From a bacterium (GTDB taxonomy: Bacteria; Cyanobacteriota; Vampirovibrionia; LMEP-6097): a stretch of 64,000 nucleotides of DNA. The position numbers and the translations under genes were made by a program. Positions within the stretch are counted from its first letter, which is position 1, and every line of letters starts with the position of its first letter. Below, one piece after another: positions 8,596 to 17,027 of the stretch. The notes under the pieces were generated by a model that was not told where the DNA came from, searched no databases, and was given only the letters and a program-made list of their open reading frames with translations. The stretch is taken from assembly GCA_038146805.1 (NCBI GenBank), contig JAYQSH010000005.1:397636-461635 (forward strand), written 5' to 3'.

Positions 8596-8938
8596 CAAGT
8601 AGAGGCTGTCGCCTCGTCGCTGCCGCTCCTCGTTGACACCCTACTGTTTTTGTCCGCGAACCAAAGAAGCAAGAGCCAAACCTAGTGCGAGGTCACAACC
8701 GCTAAGTCTAGGCTCTGCGCGAGTCGCCGGTAACTACGCTCCTGAAGGCTTATCTGATGCTAGTCTAGAATGGTGGGAGACTTTGGCTACGGCTTGGACT
8801 GAGGTGGGCGGAGCGAAGCGGAGCCTACTCAAATATGTTCTTCTAAAGTGTTGGACGAGCTTGCGAGAACAACACTTCGGTGAATTTCAGCGCGGCGCCC
8901 CCACCTCGGGTTCGGACAGTTCCGTAAATCCCCCACCA
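8596..8938 (+). ncRNA. candidate structured non-coding RNA of unassigned family
   Basis: About 56% G+C by hand count, with AT-rich flanks. No credible ORF. At least five long-range complementary segment pairs, two of them crossing. Followed by an intrinsic terminator. 5' end uncertain (possibly ~8545). Confidence 0.55.
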
Positions 8939-9079
8939 TTTCATAAAAAATTACCAAGCTACCCTAGTGGTAGCTTTTTTTTTTGGGCATATATAACTTA
9001 AATGCAGGCTATTCAACAACTTATTGCATGCCTCAACTTTATTACAGAAGATAAAGAACCTGAAACTGTGCAAGAGAAA
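8933..9079. repeat. right copy of DR1
   Basis: See 3920-4064. Begins at the CCACCA that closes the GC-rich segment. Confidence 0.9.
8956..8984 (+). terminator. intrinsic terminator (duplicate of 3943-3969)
   Basis: Same AAGCTACC/GGTAGCTT hairpin followed by a T10 run. Confidence 0.75.
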
Positions 9080-9406
9080 GTTGACAATGATCCCTATGCA
9101 ACTGTTTTATCTATTGGAGCAAATGATCTTCGTGATAACAAAAAAGCTAGAGAATTTAACCAAGCTATTAAAGAAATTCATCAAGATCCTAATTTAGTAA
9201 CAAAAAAACAATTAGAGCAAATTACAAGCTTTACTAAAAAGCTATTAGAATTAAAACAAAAAGCACTCGACATGGCTCAAGAGTGCGAGGCTCCTTGGGT
9301 TCGAGAAGAACTTGATTGGATAAAAGAGAGTTATTTGGCTCTAGCTCAAGGCTATCAAAAGATTATTGAGGAATTGGAAAAACTAGTGAAATTAAAAACA
9401 AACTAA
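9002..9406 (+). CDS. hypothetical coiled-coil protein
   Basis: 134-aa ORF with no recognised motif. Its first 26 codons are duplicated at 3987. Confidence 0.55.
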   Translation: MQAIQQLIACLNFITEDKEPETVQEKVDNDPYATVLSIGANDLRDNKKAREFNQAIKEIHQDPNLVTKKQLEQITSFTKKLLELKQKALDMAQECEAPWVREELDWIKESYLALAQGYQKIIEELEKLVKLKTN

Positions 9407-9414
9407 AAATTTAA

Positions 9415-10143
9415 TTAATCAAGTTTTTCTATAACTTTTTCAAAGAATTCTAAAGGATAAGCACCGCCAATTTGTACTCCATTTAAAACAAAATTTGGAG
9501 TACCGCTGACCCCAGCTTGTCTAGCTGCTTTTAAATCTTCTGCTAATTGTGCTTCTACTTCAGTACTTTGCATATCTTCTAAAAATTTCTTTTTGTCGAG
9601 CTTTAGGTCAAGCGCAATTTTTTCATAAAGCTCTTGCCCTAAATCTCTTTGATTAGCAAAGAGCTCTTTTGAATACTCAAAGAACTTGCCTTGTGCGTGT
9701 GCAGCAAGTGCTGCTTTTGCTGCTGCTTTTGCATTTTTATGAAAACCTAAAGGGTAATTTTTTTGTACTATATATAAATCTTTGCCAAGCTTTTCTTTTA
9801 AAGACTGGACTGTATCATCGCCTCGTCTGCAATACGGGCACTCAAAATCTGTAAAAATCACTAGTTGGTATTTTGCATCTTTATTACCATGACCCGGAGA
9901 GTTGCCATGATCTACCTCAACTTTATTTGCAAACATTTTTGTGAATCTTTCTTCTTCAGCTTTTTTTTGTTGAGCTTCTTTTTGTCTTGCTAAAGTTTTT
10001 TCAATGACTTCAGGATTTTTCATGATTATTTCAAGCACTTTTTGCTCTAAAACACTATCACCAATATCATCTAAACTCTCTGCTAATGCAAAATTTGCAC
10101 ATAAAACACAAAGTAAAACTATAGACACAACTTTTTTGATCAT
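9415..10143 (-). CDS. DsbA-like thiol:disulfide oxidoreductase (periplasmic)
   Basis: Thioredoxin-fold CPYC motif (FECPYCRR). Signal peptide MIKKVVSIVLLCVLCANFALA from the ATG at 10143; the ORF-track start 10170 is probably too far upstream. Confidence 0.75.
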   Translation of the reverse strand: MIKKVVSIVLLCVLCANFALAESLDDIGDSVLEQKVLEIIMKNPEVIEKTLARQKEAQQKKAEEERFTKMFANKVEVDHGNSPGHGNKDAKYQLVIFTDFECPYCRRGDDTVQSLKEKLGKDLYIVQKNYPLGFHKNAKAAAKAALAAHAQGKFFEYSKELFANQRDLGQELYEKIALDLKLDKKKFLEDMQSTEVEAQLAEDLKAARQAGVSGTPNFVLNGVQIGGAYPLEFFEKVIEKLD

Positions 10144-10240
10144 AAATAACAATATAGCATTTAAAAGCAAAATTTGAAGAAGGTGCTTAAAAACTCAAGT
10201 TTTCTTGACGCTTACTCAAAAAAATAGCTAAAATTATGGC

Positions 10241-11038
10241 GTGCCAATCAAAGATAACTGGTTTTATGAATCTCTCAAAGAAAGCTCTAGTCTAACTTTA
10301 AAAGTTGACGAGCTTTTATATCAAGAACAAAGCGAGTATCAAGAAGTTTTAGTTTTTTACAATAAAGACTATGGCAATGTGCTTGTTTTAGATGATGCTT
10401 TAATGCTTTCAGACTTAGATGAACATATGTACCACAAAGCAATTACACATTATGGGGTGAGTAATGCAACACAAAACAAAAAACTCAATGTCTTAGTTAT
10501 TGGTGCTGGTGATGGAGGAGTCGTAAGAGATCTATTGAGTAAACATCAAGAACAAATCAATCAAGTAACAATGGTAGAAATTGATCAAGCAGTAATAGAT
10601 GTTTCAAAAAAATTCTTTCCTAAAATTTCTTCTCACTTAAATGATGCAAGACTCGATCTTAAAGTTGAAGACGCATTACAATACATTGACAAAGCGGCTG
10701 ATGCAAGTTTTGATTTGGTGATTTGTGATTCAACAGACCCAGTTGGCTTTGCGGCTGGTTTAATCGAAGAAGATTTTTACAAAAAAATTCAACGAGTTTT
10801 AACAAAAGAAGGAGTTTTTATTGCACAAAGCGGTTCAATTTTTTTAATGCCTGAAGAGCTAGAAACAGCCCAAAAAAATCTCAAAAAAGTTTTTGCTGAT
10901 GTGCATACGTTTTTTGCTCCAATGATGGTATATCCGGGTGTCATTTGGTCTTACACAGCGGCAGGTGCTAAAATCCAGAATAAAGAAAATTTAGATTTAA
11001 AGGAATTTATCAAAGAAAAACAAAGTGTCAATGCCTGA
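10241..11038 (+). CDS. speE: spermidine synthase (polyamine aminopropyltransferase)
   Basis: VLVIGAGDGGVVRD and ICDSTDPVG motifs. GTG start. Confidence 0.85.
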   Translation: MPIKDNWFYESLKESSSLTLKVDELLYQEQSEYQEVLVFYNKDYGNVLVLDDALMLSDLDEHMYHKAITHYGVSNATQNKKLNVLVIGAGDGGVVRDLLSKHQEQINQVTMVEIDQAVIDVSKKFFPKISSHLNDARLDLKVEDALQYIDKAADASFDLVICDSTDPVGFAAGLIEEDFYKKIQRVLTKEGVFIAQSGSIFLMPEELETAQKNLKKVFADVHTFFAPMMVYPGVIWSYTAAGAKIQNKENLDLKEFIKEKQSVNA

Positions 11039-12014
11039 AGTATCAATTATCGTTCCTAGTTATAATAGAGCCGAGTTTCTTGAAGCAACGCTTGCAAGTA
11101 TTCAAAATCAAAGCTTTAAAGATTTTGAAGTAATCTTTGTCGACGATGGTAGTACAGACAACACTGAGGAAATTTTAAGAAAATTTTGTGAGCAAGATCC
11201 AAGATTTAAATATTTCAAACAAGAAAATTCCGAAAGAGCCGTTGCACGTTCTTATGGGCTCAGTTTGGCAAATTCTGATTTATTGTGCTTAGTTGATTCA
11301 GATGATATTTGGTATCCCAACAAACTTGAACAACAATTAAAAGTCATGCGCGAAGATCCAGAAATTGTTTTAAGTTATGCTTCGGTTAATCGCATTGACA
11401 TGCAAGGTAAAGCTATCAGATCTAAGCCACGTCAACATCGCGGTTTTTCTGGTTATGTGTTTTTTGATCTATTGATGCGCAATTTTATACCTTCGGTCAC
11501 TCCAATGTTTCGCAAAAAAGCTTTTGAAGCTGTTGGCAAACAAAATACAGAATTTATTCCTTATGAAGATTGGGATTTTTGGCTTAGGCTTTCAAGGCAA
11601 GGAAAGTTTTTTCATATTAAAGAAGCTTTGGGTGACTATCGCTTACACCCCGGTCAATCAGTACAAAACGTCAAAGCACAACATATCGAAAAAGTGACAA
11701 ATTTTGTTTTAGAGAACAATACTAATTTAGAAAAAATAGACCTAGAAAATTATTTACAACAAATTGGGCTTAAAAAAGATGATAAAGATTTTTCTCAAAT
11801 TGTTGACGAAGCTTATAGCCTTGCAAATTTGAGGTTTGCCTATTGGTATTTAATTGCTAACGAAGCACAAATATCTCAAGCAAAATTATTAAAAGCACTC
11901 AACTTATCTAAAAAAAGACTTTTAGATTATCGTTGGTACGGGCTTTGGCTAGCTAAAACCTGCAAACCAATATTTGGTGATGTGATAACAAAACTCTTGG
12001 GAAGTTTCCACTAA
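11025..12014 (+). CDS. family 2 glycosyltransferase
   Basis: VSIIVPSYNRAEFL...VIFVDDGSTD GT-A signature. Overlaps the speE stop. Confidence 0.8.
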   Translation: MSMPEVSIIVPSYNRAEFLEATLASIQNQSFKDFEVIFVDDGSTDNTEEILRKFCEQDPRFKYFKQENSERAVARSYGLSLANSDLLCLVDSDDIWYPNKLEQQLKVMREDPEIVLSYASVNRIDMQGKAIRSKPRQHRGFSGYVFFDLLMRNFIPSVTPMFRKKAFEAVGKQNTEFIPYEDWDFWLRLSRQGKFFHIKEALGDYRLHPGQSVQNVKAQHIEKVTNFVLENNTNLEKIDLENYLQQIGLKKDDKDFSQIVDEAYSLANLRFAYWYLIANEAQISQAKLLKALNLSKKRLLDYRWYGLWLAKTCKPIFGDVITKLLGSFH

Positions 12015-12016
12015 TA

Positions 12017-12517
12017 ATGGCTGATAAAATTTTTTATTTTATTCGCTATTTTACTTTTTTAGGAAATTTCTTTCCTCAGTTTACTTTGTCAATTTTATTG
12101 CTTTTTATAGATTTCCCGACTGGCTTTAAAGTTGGTGCAACTTGGGGCTGGGGGTAATCATCAACTTTACAATAAAAATTTAGTACAGAAAAAAGACCTA
12201 ATATTGGCAACTGGAAAATTGCACATGTTAATGGGCATAGTTTTCCTTCAGGACACTCTTTAACTTCACTCGTTATTTATTGGTCTTTAGCTGAACAATT
12301 TCAGCTTGGTCTAGCATGGACGATTTTTTTATATTTAATTCCTTTTGCACTTGGACTTTCAAGACTCTATTTAAAAGTTCATGATCCTATTGATGTTTAT
12401 GCAGGCTGGGCTATTGCTTTTATTTATTTGCGAACCCTTTCTGACGAAGCAATTGCTATTACCAAACCTGTTTTTATGTTTTTCTTTAAACTTTTGGGGA
12501 TTGAAATCGATTTTTAA
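12017..12517 (+). pseudogene. PAP2-family phosphatase, disrupted by frameshifts/stops near 12150-12180
   Basis: Frame 2 from 12176 encodes EKRPN...HSFPSGHS...SRLYLKVHDPIDV (PAP2 motifs KxxxxxxRP, PSGH, SRxxxxxHxxxD). The membrane N-terminus (MADKIFYFIRYF...) from ATG 12017 is in another frame. Confidence 0.65.
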
Positions 12518-12550
12518 AGCAGTTTTTCTAAAATGCTATAATTCTCTTTT

Positions 12551-13042
12551 GTGCAATACTCAAACATAAAATTCGAAGCTAGAAAAACCGTAGAACAAGT
12601 TGAAGAAAGTCAAGATCTTGCTCCTAAATTTGATGATAACGGTTTGATACCAGTTGTAACAACAGACTATAAAACTGGGGAGCTTTTAATGCATGGTTAT
12701 ATGAATGAAGAAGCATTCAAAAAAACCTTAAGGGATGGACAAGCATATTATTATAGTCGCAGTAGAAAACTTGTTTGGCACAAAGGTGCAACTAGCGGCT
12801 TGTACCAAAATATCGATGAGATGCGCATTGATGATGATCAAGATTGCGTTTGGCTTAGAGTAACAGTAACTGGAAGCGGAGCAAGTTGTCACGTTGGTTA
12901 CCGCTCATGTTTTTATAGAACTGTTCCAAATGGTAAAACACTCACTGACGAGAAACAAATCAAATTAACTTTTGTTGAAAGTGAAAAAACTTTTGACCCA
13001 CTTGAGGTATATGGTGATGTTGAAAACCCAACAAAACTCTAA
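12551..13042 (+). CDS. hisI: phosphoribosyl-AMP cyclohydrolase
   Basis: GLIPVVTTD...WHKGATSG...DCVWLRV...[11 protein letters not shown] pattern of HisI, including the Cys residues. GTG start. Confidence 0.8.
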   Translation: MQYSNIKFEARKTVEQVEESQDLAPKFDDNGLIPVVTTDYKTGELLMHGYMNEEAFKKTLRDGQAYYYSRSRKLVWHKGATSGLYQNIDEMRIDDDQDCVWLRVTVTGSGASCHVGYRSCFYRTVPNGKTLTDEKQIKLTFVESEKTFDPLEVYGDVENPTKL

Positions 13043-13913
13043 AGTTATAAACAAAAACTCTAAGATTGAACAAAGCCTTGACTGGGTAGGTATGGAAACT
13101 GTTAAAGTGCCTGTCAAATATAGTCTTAATCAAAAAGAATATGGAACTAGTGCCGAACTTGAAATATTTTTGAGCTTAGATAAAGGCAATTTTCGCGGAG
13201 TTGATATGGCAGAAATATTTTTTCAAAGCCAAGAGACTCTTGCTAAACAAATTATAAATTTTGAGCGACTTAAAGTACTGAGCCAAAAACTACTTGATAC
13301 ACACCAAGACAGAAGCACAAGCACTAAAGTAAAAATCAATTTTGATATTTTCCTTGAAAAAACCAGCTTGCAATCACATGAAAAATTTTTACAAAGCTAT
13401 CCAATTACGCTCGAACTAATCAATAAAAATGGTAATTGTAATTGTAAAATCAGCTTCGAAATTTTATATGCCAGTACCTGTCCTTGTTCTGAGAGCTCTG
13501 CGCGCCAACAAAATTTAAAAACAATTCAAGATTTTTTAAAAAATAACTCAGTTGAAGATTTAACAAACTGGTTTTTAGATAGCAATACTAAATTTGCTTA
13601 CCCACATGCACAAAAATCAAAAGCAAAATTTAATTTAGAGCTTGCAGAAACAAAAAATATCTTTGAACAAGTTTCAACCTTAATCCAAGAGCTTGAATCA
13701 TGCGCCAAAACAAGTGTTCAAGCAGGAGTAAGACAAGTAGACGAAGCTGAATTTACAAAAATCATGGGTGAAAATTTAATTTTCATTGAAGATATAGCCA
13801 AAATTTTTAAAGAATACATTAATAATCAAAAACAAATTCTCAATTCAAGAGTAGAATTAATACACAATGAAAGCATTCATCCACAAAATGCAAAAGTTAT
13901 TTTTAGCACTTAG
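13011..13913 (+). CDS. GTP cyclohydrolase FolE2/MptA-family (DUF198-like) protein, divergent
   Basis: [13 protein letters not shown] and STCPCSESS motifs resemble FolE2 (..VGI..hkLP.. and CPCSK). The KG.NMSRF-type motif reads RGVDMAEIF. Start uncertain (12972/13011/13092). Confidence 0.55.
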   Translation: MVMLKTQQNSKVINKNSKIEQSLDWVGMETVKVPVKYSLNQKEYGTSAELEIFLSLDKGNFRGVDMAEIFFQSQETLAKQIINFERLKVLSQKLLDTHQDRSTSTKVKINFDIFLEKTSLQSHEKFLQSYPITLELINKNGNCNCKISFEILYASTCPCSESSARQQNLKTIQDFLKNNSVEDLTNWFLDSNTKFAYPHAQKSKAKFNLELAETKNIFEQVSTLIQELESCAKTSVQAGVRQVDEAEFTKIMGENLIFIEDIAKIFKEYINNQKQILNSRVELIHNESIHPQNAKVIFST

Positions 13914-14928
13914 TTTTTTGGTTATTAGTATGCAAGCAAGTTTTGCACATGGTGCTGGCTGTGCTTGTAATGCACTAAGACCCACAGCCATTGGTGGACC
14001 AATTATTACAATCCCAGCATATACCATGCCTAAAGGTACTTTTAGCATTGGTTATGGTTTAAATTATTTGAACAATCATAGACTCAACCAAAAACAAATT
14101 TTAAAAGTAATCAAAGCAGACGAACATGCTGATGATAATTATGGTTCTTTGAACCAAAGTCTTTCTATGGCGTGGGGAGCAAGTGACGATTTAAACTTTT
14201 TTGTTACCATGCCTTTTAATATTGCTTATGATTTTAGAGAGGTACATGATGGCATAGAAGATTTAGGAAATTCAATTGGCTTTGGTGATATGACGATTTT
14301 AGCTCAGTATAGATTTTTGAATCTTAGTAAAACCAACCTTGCCTTACTTGGCGGAATCAAATTGCCAACTGGTAAAACTCACGTTAAATCTAATACTGGT
14401 GAAACTTTTGAAGCTTTAAACAATCCGGGCTCAGGCTCTTTTGACCCACTATTTGGTTTTGCGCTTAGCAGACCTGTTGGCAGTTTTGGCTTAGATTTTA
14501 ATTTTTTGTATAAACTCGCAACCCAAGGAAGCCAAGACACAGATATTGGTGATGTTGCCAATTATAATTTTGCGATTAGTTATGCAGTCAATCATGACCA
14601 TAATAAAGAATTTGATCACAAACACAAACACCAAAAACAAAAAAAATTACTCACTAAAATTTTTCCTCAACATCTTTTTGGCAAACATTTAAGTTGGGAT
14701 TTGATTTTAGAACTTAATACCAATTGGGAAGCAAAGCCTGAGCAAAACAATATCAAAGACAATAATCATGGCGGCACATCAGTATTTTTAAGCCCGGGAA
14801 TTCGACTTGCAGTAGATGATAATTTCGTATATAACTTTGGACTTGGCTTTCCAATAATTGAAGACCTAAATGGCGAACAAGGTGGAACTGATTTACAATT
14901 GTATACAGGTTTTGCCATGAGTTTTTAG
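13867..14928 (+). CDS. outer-membrane beta-barrel protein with His/Lys-rich loop
   Basis: Signal peptide ([17 protein letters not shown]). Alternating amphipathic strands. C-terminal ...YTGFAMSF ending in Phe. Loop NHDHNKEFDHKHKHQKQKK. Confidence 0.6.
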   Translation: MKAFIHKMQKLFLALSFLVISMQASFAHGAGCACNALRPTAIGGPIITIPAYTMPKGTFSIGYGLNYLNNHRLNQKQILKVIKADEHADDNYGSLNQSLSMAWGASDDLNFFVTMPFNIAYDFREVHDGIEDLGNSIGFGDMTILAQYRFLNLSKTNLALLGGIKLPTGKTHVKSNTGETFEALNNPGSGSFDPLFGFALSRPVGSFGLDFNFLYKLATQGSQDTDIGDVANYNFAISYAVNHDHNKEFDHKHKHQKQKKLLTKIFPQHLFGKHLSWDLILELNTNWEAKPEQNNIKDNNHGGTSVFLSPGIRLAVDDNFVYNFGLGFPIIEDLNGEQGGTDLQLYTGFAMSF

Positions 14929-14931
14929 TGA

Positions 14932-15567
14932 ATGTCTGAAAAAATTATCATTTTAGCTGGAGTGCACGGTGAGGAAATTCAATCAAGTTTCTTGTTAGAG
15001 GATGTTTGCAAAGACTATAAACTATACCAAGAACAATCTTTTACAAGTTTTATCAATTCAAAACAAAACATTATTGCAATACCACGTTTCAATATTTTTG
15101 GTTTAGCAAAACAAACACGAGGTAACAAGAACCAAGTAGATTTAAATAGAAACTTACCTAGCCGTAATTGGAGCCATAAACACAGTCACCCAGCTTATTA
15201 CCCGGGGACAAATGCGGCTTCTGAACAAGAGACTAAAGATTTTTTAGAACTTTTAAAAGAATTTGAAGCAAGTTTAATAATTTCAATACACACAAATCAT
15301 TTTGTTACAGTGCAACACCCAGCTCAAATAAATTTTGATGGACAAGAAAATTCTCAAGGTTTTTTCTATGCTCAAAAACTAGCAAAAGTTTTTAATTTAG
15401 AATTGACACAAAACATTGGCTATCCAACCCCGGGTTCACTTGGTAGCTATGCCAAAGAAATCAATATACCTTGTATCACTATTGAATTAGAGCACGAACT
15501 CTCATCTCAAGAAATTCAAACAAAATACAGTGAAGTTTTGACAGAATATCTCAAAACCCTTAGCTGA
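14932..15567 (+). CDS. M14-family zinc carboxypeptidase/amidase-like protein (MpaA/AstE-AspA superfamily)
   Basis: GVHGEE (HxxE), DLNRNLP and SIHTN motifs. Confidence 0.6.
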   Translation: MSEKIIILAGVHGEEIQSSFLLEDVCKDYKLYQEQSFTSFINSKQNIIAIPRFNIFGLAKQTRGNKNQVDLNRNLPSRNWSHKHSHPAYYPGTNAASEQETKDFLELLKEFEASLIISIHTNHFVTVQHPAQINFDGQENSQGFFYAQKLAKVFNLELTQNIGYPTPGSLGSYAKEINIPCITIELEHELSSQEIQTKYSEVLTEYLKTLS

Positions 15568-15583
15568 GTTACAATATTAATAA

Positions 15584-16294
15584 GTGAATATTGAAATCCT
15601 AAAAGCAAACAAAGTTTCTAAAGCCATTATTTTGGGTTCTGGAGTAAGTGTGTTTGAAAATCAAAAACCCTTACACTCTATCAGTTATAGTAGTATCGAT
15701 AACTGGCCACTTGGCAAAGTAAAAGGTCACAAAGGGGTTTTAGATATTTACGAAAACATCTGGGTTTTAAGAGGCAGGGCTCATCTTTACGAAGGCTTCA
15801 CTTGGCAACAAGCTTGTTTCCCGACACAATTTTTAGCAGATCAAGGTATTGAAGAATTAATCTTAACCAATGCTGCTGGAGGACTCAATAGTGATTTTGA
15901 AATTGGTGATCTGATGCAAATTACTGGCTATTACAATATGCTCAAACCTAATCAGGCAAGAGGAAACTTAGGCATTTTAGATCAAGAATTAACAAGATTT
16001 ACTACTGAAATAATTGCCGCAAAAGATATTCATCATGGAAATTATATTGGTGTACATGGACCAAATTATGAAACTGATTTAGAAGTAGAATTTTTCAAGT
16101 CTAAACAAGCTGATGCAGTTGGAATGTCGACTATTCCAGAAATTGAAACAGCCATCAAAAACAATATAAAAGTGCAAGCGCTTTCAATTATTACAAATGT
16201 TTATGGCAAAACCGAAGACCTTGGTCACGAAGGAGTAGTCGCCGCCGCAAAAAAAGCCAGTAAAAAATTAACAAGTTTATTAGGAATCAATTAA
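15584..16294 (+). CDS. purine nucleoside phosphorylase / MTA phosphorylase family
   Basis: RGRAHLYEG, TNAAGG and VGMSTIPE motifs of the trimeric PNP (PunA/MtnP) family. GTG start. Confidence 0.8.
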   Translation: MNIEILKANKVSKAIILGSGVSVFENQKPLHSISYSSIDNWPLGKVKGHKGVLDIYENIWVLRGRAHLYEGFTWQQACFPTQFLADQGIEELILTNAAGGLNSDFEIGDLMQITGYYNMLKPNQARGNLGILDQELTRFTTEIIAAKDIHHGNYIGVHGPNYETDLEVEFFKSKQADAVGMSTIPEIETAIKNNIKVQALSIITNVYGKTEDLGHEGVVAAAKKASKKLTSLLGIN

Positions 16295-17022
16295 TGTCAA
16301 TTACAGTACTTACAGCATATGATTTTAATACCGCAAGAGCGCTTGAAGAAGCAGGTATTGATTATATTTTGGTTGGCGATAGCCTTGCAATGGTTGCACA
16401 TGGTCACAAAAACACCAAAACCATTAGCCTTGGACAAATGCTGGCTTCAACAAGAGCTGTCAAAAAAGGTGCAGCAAAAACAAAAATCATTGCAGATATT
16501 CCTTTATCAATTGTCAAAAAAACCAAAGAACAAGTTTTAGATGCCGCAAAAAAATTAATACAGGCAGGCGCCGATATAGTCAAAATTGAAAACGCAGAAA
16601 AACAAACAATAGAACAAATAAAATTACTAATAGAAAACAACATTGCCGTCATGGGACATATTGGCTATACACCGCAAAGCTTCGATAAACCAATTATAGT
16701 CAAAGATCGAGAGGCTTTAATTGCAGCTGCTCATAAACTAAACGAAGTCGGTGTTATGGCTTTGGTACTTGAAATGATTCCAGCTGAAATTGCCAAAGAA
16801 ATCACAGAAGCATTAAAGATACCAACTATTGGTATTGGTGCTGGTGTTGATTGTTCTGGTCAGGTTTTAGTCAGCGATGATATGCTTGGCAGATACAATT
16901 TATTTGAGCCTAAGTTTTTAAAGCGCTATGCAAATCAATACCAAGAAAGCGTCACAGCCTTTAAAGCCTACATTGAAGATGTAAAAAACAAAAATTTCCC
17001 AAGTTCAGAAAATTCATACTAA
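16294..17022 (+). CDS. panB: 3-methyl-2-oxobutanoate hydroxymethyltransferase
   Basis: LVGDSLAMVAHGH, VKIE and HIGYTPQ motifs. Confidence 0.85.
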   Translation: MSITVLTAYDFNTARALEEAGIDYILVGDSLAMVAHGHKNTKTISLGQMLASTRAVKKGAAKTKIIADIPLSIVKKTKEQVLDAAKKLIQAGADIVKIENAEKQTIEQIKLLIENNIAVMGHIGYTPQSFDKPIIVKDREALIAAAHKLNEVGVMALVLEMIPAEIAKEITEALKIPTIGIGAGVDCSGQVLVSDDMLGRYNLFEPKFLKRYANQYQESVTAFKAYIEDVKNKNFPSSENSY

Positions 17023-17027
17023 GATTT

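Noticed and set aside
8596-8938. tmRNA (ssrA): right size, CCACCA end, terminator, location at an island boundary
   Set aside because: No G-run is available to pair with the CCCCC 3' strand. There is no T-arm (GGTTCGAxTCC-type stem-loop). No G3:U70 is possible. No short tag frame ends in Ala-Ala-stop in any frame on either strand. A permuted two-piece layout does not fit either, because the CCA is at the very 3' end. This remains to be confirmed with a covariance model.
8596-8938. RNase P RNA, SRP RNA, cobalamin riboswitch
   Set aside because: The universal P4 strands (GGAAAGUCCGG / ACAGAAnCCGGCUUA) are absent on both strands; only loose look-alikes occur (AAGTCTAGGCTC, GCCGGTAAC). No SRP GGAA/AGCA motif is present. 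GGTGAATTTCAG..CGCCCCCACC resembles part of a B12 aptamer, but there is no GGGAA block or correctly placed B12 box.
8633-9001. ORF-track 122-aa CDS
   Set aside because: It lies in the GC-rich structured segment and reads through the terminator hairpin and T-run. Its composition is implausible and it has no start context.
12381-12569. ORF-track 62-aa ORF
   Set aside because: It is out of frame relative to the PAP2 catalytic motifs that occupy the same DNA.
12551-13042. HisI as a zinc-independent, Zur-regulon paralog
   Set aside because: The three Cys positions typical of zinc-binding HisI are retained (DC..., SCH, SCF). It looks like the ordinary enzyme.
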